A stretch of 64,000 bases of DNA from Bacteroidales bacterium (lineage in GTDB: Bacteria > Bacteroidota > Bacteroidia > Bacteroidales > UBA932). Each line of letters opens with the position of its first letter. Positions within the stretch are counted from its first letter, which is position 1. Made by a program: the position numbers and the translations under genes. The DNA lies in the NCBI GenBank assembly GCA_024401745.1, contig JAKSKK010000003.1, positions 2,287-66,286 on the forward strand, given 5' to 3'. Positions 1 to 9,033 of the stretch are shown here, in pieces. The notes beneath the pieces were generated by a model. It was not told the origin of the DNA. It worked only from the letters and a program-made list of their open reading frames with translations, and searched no databases.

Positions 1-1927
1 AGTCGGCGAAGGGCAGGTCCTGCATCCACCAGTGTGCTCCGCCGCAGTGGTTGGTCACGAAGTCCATGATCATCTTTATGCCGCGCGCGTGCCCGTCAGC
101 CACCAGCGACCTGTACTGCTCGTTGGATCCGAAGCGGGGATCCACGCGGTAGTAGTCGGCGCAGGCGTAGCCGTGGTAGGACTCGCGGGGCTCGTTGTCG
201 AGGAGGATGGGCGTGTTCCAGATGGCCGTGGCTCCAAGCTCCTCGATATAGTCGAGGTGGTTCCTTATGCCCTGGAGGTCGCCGCCGTGACGGCCGGGCA
301 GGAGTGCGCGGTCAAGCTTGTCGGCGGTGTCGGGGGTGTTGTCGTTGTCTGGGTCGCCGTTGGCGAAGCGGTCGGGCATTATGAGGTAGATGAGGTCGGC
401 GTTGCCGAAGCCCTTACGCTGTGCCGAACCTTCGCGACGCTCGGCAATCCGGTAGGGTATGCGCATGCTGTCGCTGCCATTGCTGAGCACGAGATGGTAG
501 GTTCCGGGCGCTGCGTCTGCGGCTATGTCGACGTCGATGAACAGGTAGTTGGGGCTTTCTGCCTTTGCCGTTCCTGTAACCTTGACGCCCTTTTCCTCGA
601 AGCTTGCGGTGTATGCGCCTATGCCCTCGGCGTTGACCATGATCTGCAGGGGCTGCTTCATGCCGGTCCACCAGCAGGGAGGGTCGACGTGGCTGATGCG
701 GCTCTCGTCGGTGGTGACTGACCAGTTCCAGGGAGCCTCCAGCTGCACGCTGACGGTGAGCTCGTCATTGTCGCACGCACATTTGAACACTATGGTGTTG
801 TTGTCGGCCGACACGAGCTCGAAGCTGCCGCCGTCGCCCGCGCCAAGAGCGGGATGGTTGTGCTTGAGTGCTGTCAGATAGCGGTAGAAGTCGGTGTAGT
901 GGTTGTCGATGCCCTGAGGCATGGTGTCCTTCTCGAAGAACTGGAACCTGTGGTGCATGCCTATCTCCTGGCCCGTGTAGATGAGGGGCTGGGTGTTCGG
1001 GAGGGTCCAGCAGAGTATGGTCAATGCCTGCCATGCGTCGCCCATGCGCTCGAACTCGGTGCCGGCCCAGGAGTTCTCGTCGTGGTTGGAGGTGAATGCA
1101 AGGCGGAATGCGTCCTCGGGGTACTCCTTTGCATCCTCCTCGATATAGGCGGTAAGCTCGCGTATGCCGGCCTTGCCCTGTGCGATGTCGTTGAGCATGT
1201 GATGGAGCTTCCAGGCGTATGTGGCGTCGAAGCCGGATTCTGTGTGCAGGCCGGGCTTCTCGCCTTCAGCGAGCCAGTACTTGCCGGGATATTCCTTGCG
1301 CAGAGGGGTGATCATCGACTCCCAGTAGTCCAGGGGCATCTCGCCCGCAACGTCGCAGCGGAAGCCGTCGACCCCGCGGTCGAACCAGAAGCGGAAGTTG
1401 TCGCGCATGGCGTCCCTCATGTCCTCTCTGGAGAGGTCCATGGGCGCGATGTCGGTCCAGTCATACTGTACTACAAAGTTGCCGTTCTCGTCCCTGCGGA
1501 ACCAGTCAGGGTGCTCCTGCGCCCATTCTGAGTCGGGAGACGTATGGTTGGCCACCCAGTCGAGGACGACCTTCAGCCCGAGCTCGTGTGCCCTGGCCAC
1601 GAAGGCGTCGAAGTCTTCGAGCGTGCCGTATTCGGGATTTACGTCACGATAGTCCCTGGGGGCATAGTAGGAACCGAGGGTTCCCTTTCTCTCAAGCACG
1701 CCTATGGGGTGGATGGGCATGAGCCAGACTATGTCGACGCCGAGCTCCCTGAGCCTCGGCAACTGCTCGGCGGCAGCGGCGAATGTGCCTTCTGGGGTGA
1801 TCTGACGCACGTTCATCTCGTAGACTACGCTGCTGCGGAAGTCTGCGTCATCAGTCTGGCAGTTCTGCTGCCGGTTGCATCCGAGCGCTGCGAGCGCAAA
1901 GATGGCAAGAATCAGAATCCTTTTCAT
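1..1927 (-). CDS. Double GH13 fusion lipoprotein: alpha-amylase-type GH13 domain + cyclomaltodextrinase/neopullulanase (SusA-like); 3' end beyond window
   Basis: Not in the ORF track because it is open at the edge; translated by hand. The ATG at 1927 overlaps the upstream stop (ATGA). Lipoprotein signal MKRILILAIFALAALGC; GH13 motifs DWVANH, GFRCDVA, LAEGE, SNHDE; then in frame ISHVDPPCWWTGM (Cyc-maltodext_N), IYLIMPDRFANGD, GGDLQGI, YHGYA, DFVTNH. Confidence 0.9.
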   Translation of the reverse strand, partial: MKRILILAIFALAALGCNRQQNCQTDDADFRSSVVYEMNVRQITPEGTFAAAAEQLPRLRELGVDIVWLMPIHPIGVLERKGTLGSYYAPRDYRDVNPEYGTLEDFDAFVARAHELGLKVVLDWVANHTSPDSEWAQEHPDWFRRDENGNFVVQYDWTDIAPMDLSREDMRDAMRDNFRFWFDRGVDGFRCDVAGEMPLDYWESMITPLRKEYPGKYWLAEGEKPGLHTESGFDATYAWKLHHMLNDIAQGKAGIRELTAYIEEDAKEYPEDAFRLAFTSNHDENSWAGTEFERMGDAWQALTILCWTLPNTQPLIYTGQEIGMHHRFQFFEKDTMPQGIDNHYTDFYRYLTALKHNHPALGAGDGGSFELVSADNNTIVFKCACDNDELTVSVQLEAPWNWSVTTDESRISHVDPPCWWTGMKQPLQIMVNAEGIGAYTASFEEKGVKVTGTAKAESPNYLFIDVDIAADAAPGTYHLVLSNGSDSMRIPYRIAERREGSAQRKGFGNADLIYLIMPDRFANGDPDNDNTPDTADKLDRALLPGRHGGDLQGIRNHLDYIEELGATAIWNTPILLDNEPRESYHGYACADYYRVDPRFGSNEQYRSLVADGHARGIKMIMDFVTNHCGGAHWWMQDLPFAD

Positions 1928-4371
1928 TTGCAGTATTTTTGTATGCTTGCTTCTTTTGTGAGGAAGAAATTGGTGCCGGCCGAGCCGGACAGGAGCTTGT
2001 ATTTCCTGGCGGAGCTCCAGTCGGGTACGTTGTCTGATATCGACTGGTCCTCTCCGGTGTCGTTCGCGGTCATGCCGGTGATCATGGCCTGCAGGTCCTT
2101 GACCCTCTGTACTTCATGCTTATAGTCTGCGATGCCGTTTGCCTCGTTCACGGTGCGGCGCAGCTCGGCGGTGTAGATCTCGCGGAAGTCCTCATATTTC
2201 AACAGCTTGACTACCAGCGGGTTGTCGGCCTTGCCCCAGTTGTAGGGGTCGGTGTCGGCAGGGTCGGCGCCGGCCGGCTTGCAGTCGGTGTCGCCTATGC
2301 CGAAGGTGTTGTCGCAGTCGTAGGGAATGAGGTAGAAGGTGTAATCCTCCGTGTCGGTGGAGTTGAAATAGACGTACAGGTTATTGTTGTTGTTCCAGTA
2401 GTCGTCCCAGAATCCCACGGCCACGAAGGCGGCGTAGGTACGGAGGAACAGCGGCACGTCCATGTGAGTGCTCACCCAGTCATGGAACTCGTCGCCCTGC
2501 AGCTTGTTGTATTTATTGATGAAGTCGTTCATCTGGGCCTTGGCGGCGTTGTACTCTTCGTCGGTGTCCTGGTTGGTCTTGAGCTCGTAGGTGTACTCCA
2601 CGCCGTCGATGTTCCTGTCGGGGCCGAAGCTGCCGGACGTGCTCTTGAACGAGGCGCCTCCGCGGCACTTCCACAGATTGCCCTTGGCGTTGCCGAACAG
2701 GGCCTTCCTGCTCTTGAGATACTCCTCGTCGAGGTGCTCTATCATGTTGTAGATGCCCAGGTATTTCTCGCTGTGGCCCTCTCTCTGCAGGTAGAGCCTG
2801 CAGTAGGTGTTGAACGATGCCGTCCATATCTTGGCGGCCTTGAAGGTGTCGTATGCAAGGATCTCACGGACGTATGTGGGGTCGTCCTTGAACCACTTGA
2901 GGTATATCTTGCGGGTTCCGTGCAGGGTGTGCTCGTCGTCCTTCACCCACTTGCGGAAGTTGACCTGATAGTGGCAGTGGTGCAGATGTCCCCTTTCGTC
3001 CATGGGGCGTCGGCGGGAATAGGTGTTTCCCTTGAGCCTGAGGCCTATTTCAGGAATCTGGGTTACTTCGTCGCCCTTGACGTATGTAGCGTCGGCCTTT
3101 ATCTGCTTTATGGTGCCGTTGAAGTGGTCGAATGCTGCCAGCAGCTCGTTCCACTGCTCCTCGGTGACCTTCAGGTGCAGCTCAGGCAGCACGCTGCGGT
3201 CGTAAACGTAGTCCAGGCCGTACTTCCCGAGGTCGAATTTCGCGTAGGGATCGGTCTCGTCGGGTTCGTATCCGTATTTTCCAGGGCTCGGCAGCCCGAG
3301 CAATGGGTTTAGCGCACCGGTGCTTGCTCCATCCTTGAATGCGCCGTAATCGTATCCGTTGCGGCTGTGCTCAGCCTCCGGCTCCCAGTAGAATATGCCC
3401 TTGAACCAGTTCATTCCGGCGGTACCGTCGAGCAGGCGCCTGAGGCACTCCGCGCTCTCGTGCGGCTGGCTTGCAGGCATGCCCAGCTCCACCAGCATCA
3501 CAGGCTTGGAATAGCGGTCGTGCAGCTTTACGATGTTGGTCAGCAGGGCCTCGGCGGGGCCTTGCCAGTCGGGGTACTTCCCTGCACTGTCGTCCCAGTA
3601 TGAAGGGTACAGCGACAGGCCTATCATGTCGTACCTGACGTTGCCCTTGCGCACGAGGTCGAAGAACCACTCGTTGTCGAGGTACTGGTGTCCGTTGGAA
3701 TGATGGAGTATGACAATGGCCTTCGGGTACACGCTCTTGACGGCGTCGTAGCCGGCATTGGCCAGTGTCGCGAAGTTCTGGTACTTGTCAGATGAAAGCA
3801 GTCCCATGTCCCAGAGCATGCCGGTGTTCGTCTCGTTGCCCACCTGCACCCACGCCACGTCTATTCCATTGTCCTTCAGGAGCTTGAGGGTCTCCTTGGT
3901 GTGGTCGGCGAGGGCCTGTGTCATGGCCTTGAGGTCGTAGTTCTTCCACGCGGCCGGGATGTTCTGTTTGCCGGGATCGGCCCACCAGTCGGAATAGTGG
4001 AAGTCTATCATTATCTTCATTCCCAGCGCCTTGGCCCTGAGCGCCTTCTTCAGCACGTCCTCCTTGTTGCACCATCCGTCGGTGGGGTTGACCCATACAC
4101 GGTAGCGGACGGCGTCGCATCCAAGTTCCTTCATGAGGGCGGTGAGCTCCATCTCGGTGCCTTTGGCATTGTAGAACTTGAGGCCCTTGGACTCCATCTC
4201 GGTCACCCAGCTGATGTCGGCTCCCTTGGCGAAGGGCAGGTCGGGAACAGGGTATTCCTTCTGTTCTTCTTCCTTCTTTTTTTCGGGATCGTCGTCCTTG
4301 CTGAAGTATTTCACCGGGTCGCAGGCCGCCAGGACCGCGAGCAGGCCTAGTATGGTCAGGAATCTTCTCAT
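1924..4371 (-). CDS. Lipoprotein: GH53 endo-beta-1,4-galactanase fused to a C-terminal CotH-family kinase domain
   Basis: GH53 motifs KGADISW, IDFHYSDWWADPGKQ, VQVGNET, VMLVELG, FYWEPE. CotH motifs LKGN..SRR, DPTYVRE, IEHLD, GNLWK, WDDYWNNNNNLY, LIPYDCDNTFG. Confidence 0.85.
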   Translation of the reverse strand: MRRFLTILGLLAVLAACDPVKYFSKDDDPEKKKEEEQKEYPVPDLPFAKGADISWVTEMESKGLKFYNAKGTEMELTALMKELGCDAVRYRVWVNPTDGWCNKEDVLKKALRAKALGMKIMIDFHYSDWWADPGKQNIPAAWKNYDLKAMTQALADHTKETLKLLKDNGIDVAWVQVGNETNTGMLWDMGLLSSDKYQNFATLANAGYDAVKSVYPKAIVILHHSNGHQYLDNEWFFDLVRKGNVRYDMIGLSLYPSYWDDSAGKYPDWQGPAEALLTNIVKLHDRYSKPVMLVELGMPASQPHESAECLRRLLDGTAGMNWFKGIFYWEPEAEHSRNGYDYGAFKDGASTGALNPLLGLPSPGKYGYEPDETDPYAKFDLGKYGLDYVYDRSVLPELHLKVTEEQWNELLAAFDHFNGTIKQIKADATYVKGDEVTQIPEIGLRLKGNTYSRRRPMDERGHLHHCHYQVNFRKWVKDDEHTLHGTRKIYLKWFKDDPTYVREILAYDTFKAAKIWTASFNTYCRLYLQREGHSEKYLGIYNMIEHLDEEYLKSRKALFGNAKGNLWKCRGGASFKSTSGSFGPDRNIDGVEYTYELKTNQDTDEEYNAAKAQMNDFINKYNKLQGDEFHDWVSTHMDVPLFLRTYAAFVAVGFWDDYWNNNNNLYVYFNSTDTEDYTFYLIPYDCDNTFGIGDTDCKPAGADPADTDPYNWGKADNPLVVKLLKYEDFREIYTAELRRTVNEANGIADYKHEVQRVKDLQAMITGMTANDTGEDQSISDNVPDWSSARKYKLLSGSAGTNFFLTKEASIQKYCK

Positions 4372-6347
4372 TGCACGAATATTACTGATGAATATGCTCC
4401 GAGTGTGAGCTTGCCGTCCTTGACTGTGACTTTTCCGTTGGCGCAGACCTGCTTGTCAAGCTTCGCATTGCTGAAGTCGACGTTTGCCGGGCTGCCGCCG
4501 AAGTTGTGCACTACCAGCAGCTTCTCGCCGCCTCCCTGGCGGAACCATGCTGAAACCTGAGGTACCTGCGAGGCGTTCGAACAGTACACGAGCTCTCCGT
4601 ATGCGAGAGCGGGGTGCTTTGCCCTTGCCTGGCCGAAGGCCTCGTAGACCTTGAGCACCGAGCTGGCAGCCGCCTCCTGCGCCTCCACGCTCATGGCGTC
4701 GGAGAGCATGGTGTTGTCTATCTTGCCGCTAAGCTTTGCAGAAGCCACGTTGCCGCCCTTTGTCCATTTCACGGGAGTGCGCACGAATTCGTCGCCGTTT
4801 GACTTGTTGCCCCAGTAGCCGAGCTCCTCGCCCTGGTAGATGTAGGGCTGGCCCGCGCAGCTCAGGAGCACGGCGCCCGCGAGCTTCATCTTGTCGGTGC
4901 TGCGCATGAGGTCGTTGCCGGCGCGGTCCTCGTCGTGGTTGCTGAGCTTGGTGGCTTCGATGAAGTCCTTGCGGTACTGCGCGTACAGTTTCTGGTAGCT
5001 CTGGATGGTGCCCACGAAGTCGTTGCCCTTGCCGTTGTTGATGGCATCCTTGAGCCTCCACCAGAACGAGAACTCGAAGAATGCGGGGAGACCCTTGTAG
5101 TAGGGTGCCACCTCCGATGCCTCCGAGAAGTGCTCGCCCACCATGTAGATGTCCTCGCTGTGGCCCTGGGCCTTGAAGGTGGCGTTGCAGTGGTCGTAGA
5201 ACTTCTTCAGGAAGGTGGGGTTCTCTTCGCTGGCTGCGTTGTGGTATATATGCTTGATGGCATCGAGGCGGAAGCCGTCGACGCCCATCTTGATCCATTT
5301 GTCTGCGGCCTCGGTCACGGCCTTGAAGGCCGGGGAGTTCTCGCATGTCGCCGCCGCACCGTAGTTGAGGTCGGCGAAGTATGAGGTCCACATGTGGCTG
5401 TGGTACCAGGTGCCCGTCATGTCGGGCAGCATGATGTCCTGCGCGTCGGTGTTCGACAGGGTGAGCGGAGTGCCCCAGCTGAGCTTGTTCTTGCCGCTGG
5501 GTGCTCCGTATTTATATGAATCCCACTGAGTTGCGCTGGTGCGTACCAGAACGCCCCAGGGAGAGTCGAGTTCGAGTGAGAGGGTGTAGGTGTTGTTGCC
5601 TGCGCCGTAGAATTCGGTGTTGCGGCCGGGGTCGCCCCACCAGAGGTACTTGCCCGTGCCTGTGCTTCCGGTGTTCGTCAGGTCGTCGGTCTTCTCGATC
5701 TTCAGGGTCTTGGGCTTGCCTGCGGTGTCGCACGTGAGGGTGAACTTCACCTTCTGCACGCTGCCGCCGCTCACGCACTGGAACCACTGGCCTGCGTCGT
5801 AACCGGTCTTCTCTATCATGGCGATCTTTCCGGCCTTGATGTCGGCCTGAGGGTCGTCGGAGAAGATGTAGAAGTCCCTGTAGGGGCTGTCTGTCCCTTT
5901 CTTTGCGTCCAGGAACCAGGGATTGTCCTTGGATGTATGGTTGAGCACGAAGTCAAGATAGATCTTGATTCCCTTGGCGTGGGCCTTCTCGATGAGGTTC
6001 CTGAGGTCTGCCTCGGTGCCGTACTCGGGGTTCACGGAAGAGTAGTCCAGGACGTCGTATCCGTGATAGGACGACGCCGGATGTATGGGCGAGAGCCACA
6101 GGGCGCTCGCGCCGAGGCTCTTCAGATAGTCAAGCTTCGACGTTATGCCGGCAAAGTCGCCTATGCCGTCGCCGTTCGAGTCGCAGAAGGAATATACCAG
6201 CAGCTGATAGGTGATGCCGGAGGACTTCACTTCCTCGACGGGAATTACGGGATCGGGACCCGGTTTGGGGTCGGGGTCGGGGTTCTGGGGCTTGCAGCCT
6301 GCAAGAAGCAGGAGCGCCGCAGCGAAATATGCCAGATAACGTTTCAT
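4368..6347 (-). CDS. susG: Outer-membrane alpha-amylase, SusG-like GH13 with internal CBM58
   Basis: Lipoprotein MKRYLAYFAAALLLLAGC (ATG 6347); YQLLVYSF.DSNGDGIGD, DFVLNH, GFRLDAIKH, MVGE, SNHDEDR; ~120-aa insertion KFTL..KYLWWG..WGVLVRTS..KYGA resembling the SusG CBM58. Confidence 0.88.
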   Translation of the reverse strand: MKRYLAYFAAALLLLAGCKPQNPDPDPKPGPDPVIPVEEVKSSGITYQLLVYSFCDSNGDGIGDFAGITSKLDYLKSLGASALWLSPIHPASSYHGYDVLDYSSVNPEYGTEADLRNLIEKAHAKGIKIYLDFVLNHTSKDNPWFLDAKKGTDSPYRDFYIFSDDPQADIKAGKIAMIEKTGYDAGQWFQCVSGGSVQKVKFTLTCDTAGKPKTLKIEKTDDLTNTGSTGTGKYLWWGDPGRNTEFYGAGNNTYTLSLELDSPWGVLVRTSATQWDSYKYGAPSGKNKLSWGTPLTLSNTDAQDIMLPDMTGTWYHSHMWTSYFADLNYGAAATCENSPAFKAVTEAADKWIKMGVDGFRLDAIKHIYHNAASEENPTFLKKFYDHCNATFKAQGHSEDIYMVGEHFSEASEVAPYYKGLPAFFEFSFWWRLKDAINNGKGNDFVGTIQSYQKLYAQYRKDFIEATKLSNHDEDRAGNDLMRSTDKMKLAGAVLLSCAGQPYIYQGEELGYWGNKSNGDEFVRTPVKWTKGGNVASAKLSGKIDNTMLSDAMSVEAQEAAASSVLKVYEAFGQARAKHPALAYGELVYCSNASQVPQVSAWFRQGGGEKLLVVHNFGGSPANVDFSNAKLDKQVCANGKVTVKDGKLTLGAYSSVIFVQ

Positions 6348-6358
6348 GATAAAAAATA

Positions 6359-6392
6359 GATGCACCGGCACAGAGATTTGTGCCGATGCATC
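6359..6392 (-). terminator. Intra-PUL stem-loop / leaky intrinsic terminator between susE/F and susG
   Basis: GATGCAcCGGCACA-loop-TGTGCCGaTGCATC; on the minus strand it is followed by TATTTTTT. Confidence 0.65.
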
Positions 6393-6405
6393 CGTTTAAA
6401 GTGAA

Positions 6406-9024
6406 TTATTCGGTCTCTTCCTCAGCGTTGCTGTAGATGCTGATTGTCTCGTTGACTGAGTCGTACTCGATTGTGTATGAACCAGCCTCGAGAGCGATGT
6501 TGGCTCCACCGGGAACTGCCTCGAAAGGAGTGTTCAGGGCACTGAAAGTACCGCCGCGGTCCTGGCCATCGATCCAGGCGCGGTCCTTGCGGATCTTGAT
6601 GCCACCTGCCTCAGTGAGGGTAAGAGCGCCATCATAGATGCCGGGCTCGGTCTCGAGCATGGGAACGTCGCCGCTCCAGCTGTTGAAGTCGCCGATGATA
6701 CCCCAGTCTGCACGGCCTACTGAAATGCTGTCGTCAAGAACTGAGTAGGCTACGAATATGTTGCTGCATGCTCCGGCCGCGATATTGTCGCCATTGTGCG
6801 TTACGGGGAAGGGCACGCACCAGTCAGAGAAGGTACCGCCTCTGTTGACGTCCCAGCTGCCCTGGTAGCGGATCTTGAATCCCTTGCCTTCCTCGTATGC
6901 GAAAGCGTCGCTCACCCAGCCGTAGCAGCCATCCTTAGGATCGTACATGGGAACCATGACGAAGTCTTTGTCCCAGTTGCTGCCGCCGACCTCACCGATG
7001 ACTGACCAGCCCTTGAAGAAGATGAGCTCTGCCGTCTCGCTGTAGACTACGGTATAGACGCCGTCTGCGGGAGCCTTGATGTTGCCGCCGCCGGCAACAG
7101 CATCAGATGACATATCGTACTCGAGGGTGCCGCATTCTGAACCGCGGTTGACGTCCCAGCTGTGGTTGAAGCGGATCTTGAACTCATCTCCGGCCTTCAT
7201 CTCGAAGGGCTCGCTTATCCACATCCTGTAGGCGCCGTCCTGGAGTGTCATCTTCACGTCGTTGTCTCCCCAGTTGTTTGCTGCGAAGCTGCCGACCACT
7301 GACCAGATGTTCTCAGGGAATGAGGCGCTGACGGTTATGGTGCCTGCCTCGGGATCGTAGGTGACGATAAACTCGCCGGTGCCGCAGTCGATGTTCTCTC
7401 CATTCTCACTTACTGCTGCGAACGGTGTGTCAAGTGCCTCGAATGTACCGCCGACACTCAATGTCCAGTCATGGTTGTGACGGATCTTCCAGCCGGGAGT
7501 GAGGGCAGTTGCAGGGCTTACCCACTTGCCGTCGACGAGAGTCATGTCAACGTCGCCGCCCCAGCTGTTGAAGTCGCCGATGAGGCTCCATACTTCGCCG
7601 TCGGAAACGGTGATGGTGTTGTCGTTGGTGTTGAGCTCGATCTTGAAGAAGCCGTCTGCACCGACCTTGATGTTGTCGCCACCTGCTACAGCCGCGAAAG
7701 GCTCGCCGAGCTTGGTGAACGTTCCACCGAAGTTCTCGTCCCACGCGGCATCCTTGCGGAACTTCCACTCGTCAGCTGCTGTGAGAGTTGCATAAGCGGT
7801 CCAGATTCCTCCGTTCTCGGTCATCTCGATGTCCTTCTCCCAGTCGCCGCCTACGCCGATGAGGCCCCAGCCCTGGTATGTGACAGGCTCATCGGGCTCG
7901 TCAGGCTGGTCGATTGTAGGCTCTTCCTGTCCGTACATGGTAGCGTCGATCTCTGCAGTGAGAACTTCGTCGTTCATGTAGAAGTAGATACGGTACTGAC
8001 CTGCCTCGATTGCGATGTTTGCACCGCCACCCTCAAGGCCGTCGAGGTTGCCGCCCCAGTTGTTGTCCCATGCACCGTCGAGACGGAACTTGAACTCAGT
8101 TGCGCTGGCTGCGTCGACGTCGGCCCAGAAGCGTCCCTTGTACATGTTGTAGGTCATCTCGATGTCGTTGTCCCAGTCTCCGTTGAGACCGATGACGCCG
8201 ACCTTGTCGAATGACATGATCTTGGTGAGGAGGAGAGACTCCTTGTTGAATGAGAACAGGTAGTATCTCTTCTCGCCGTAGCACATGATGTTGTCGCCTG
8301 AACCGTTGGCGAGCTGGACTGCGTCTGCCTCTGCTGCGGGTGCTGTGCCGACACCCCAGTTGCCTGAGTCGTCATCCCAGTTTCCACCGTAGGTAATCTT
8401 GAATCCGTTTGCTGCGGTACCGTCTTCCTTTTTGCACTGGAAGTCGACTACGCCGCGGAAGATAGTGCCGTCGCCTGAGTAGTTGAAGAGCTTCGGATAG
8501 TCTGCAGGAGCCCATCCCTGGTAGTCACCGGGAACGTCGCAGACGTCGAGGACCTTCTCAGTCTCGTAAGGAGTGAAGACGGCAGTGACTACGTTGGAGC
8601 TCTGCCTTGTGCTCTCGACTGCGCCCTTCTCGTTCATGAGGAAGGCGTCGAGCCTGAAGTCGACTGCGAACTCCACGCCGGGGGCTGCGCCGAGGTTGCC
8701 CAGAAGCTTGTTGAGCTTGGGCTGCTCGATGCTGATCTTGCCGTCGCCGATGGTGGCGTCAACCTTCTTTGCACTGTCGAAACCTGCTCCGGCCACATTG
8801 GCGAGGAGGGTATATGTAACGGGAACCTGGACGTTGAAGTCGGCCTCGTTGTAAGTAGCTGTTATGGGCGTTCCGTCCTCTGCGAGGGCACAGCCGGCTA
8901 TTTCGCTGAGAGTCTGTGCGGTCACATTGGCCGGGTCGTAGATAACCTCGAGATGCTCCTGCACGCAGGATGTTGCGAACAGACCTGCGAGAGCTATGAG
9001 AGATGTAAGAATTAACTTTTTCAT
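6406..9024 (-). CDS. SusE/SusF-like starch-binding surface lipoprotein with ~7 CBM modules
   Basis: Lipobox FATSC; SusE-type N-terminal domain; repeated W(G/S)(L/V/I)IG..W..D..M...(E)FK(I/F)R...W...GG modules; immediately downstream of susD. Confidence 0.85.
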   Translation of the reverse strand: MKKLILTSLIALAGLFATSCVQEHLEVIYDPANVTAQTLSEIAGCALAEDGTPITATYNEADFNVQVPVTYTLLANVAGAGFDSAKKVDATIGDGKISIEQPKLNKLLGNLGAAPGVEFAVDFRLDAFLMNEKGAVESTRQSSNVVTAVFTPYETEKVLDVCDVPGDYQGWAPADYPKLFNYSGDGTIFRGVVDFQCKKEDGTAANGFKITYGGNWDDDSGNWGVGTAPAAEADAVQLANGSGDNIMCYGEKRYYLFSFNKESLLLTKIMSFDKVGVIGLNGDWDNDIEMTYNMYKGRFWADVDAASATEFKFRLDGAWDNNWGGNLDGLEGGGANIAIEAGQYRIYFYMNDEVLTAEIDATMYGQEEPTIDQPDEPDEPVTYQGWGLIGVGGDWEKDIEMTENGGIWTAYATLTAADEWKFRKDAAWDENFGGTFTKLGEPFAAVAGGDNIKVGADGFFKIELNTNDNTITVSDGEVWSLIGDFNSWGGDVDMTLVDGKWVSPATALTPGWKIRHNHDWTLSVGGTFEALDTPFAAVSENGENIDCGTGEFIVTYDPEAGTITVSASFPENIWSVVGSFAANNWGDNDVKMTLQDGAYRMWISEPFEMKAGDEFKIRFNHSWDVNRGSECGTLEYDMSSDAVAGGGNIKAPADGVYTVVYSETAELIFFKGWSVIGEVGGSNWDKDFVMVPMYDPKDGCYGWVSDAFAYEEGKGFKIRYQGSWDVNRGGTFSDWCVPFPVTHNGDNIAAGACSNIFVAYSVLDDSISVGRADWGIIGDFNSWSGDVPMLETEPGIYDGALTLTEAGGIKIRKDRAWIDGQDRGGTFSALNTPFEAVPGGANIALEAGSYTIEYDSVNETISIYSNAEEETE

Positions 9025-9033
9025 ATTCTTCTG

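Noticed and set aside
32-3312. Several long plus-strand ORFs (229, 225, 193 and 398 aa)
   Set aside because: Antisense to the clearly recognisable GH13 and GH53-CotH genes; V/G/L-rich shadow composition.
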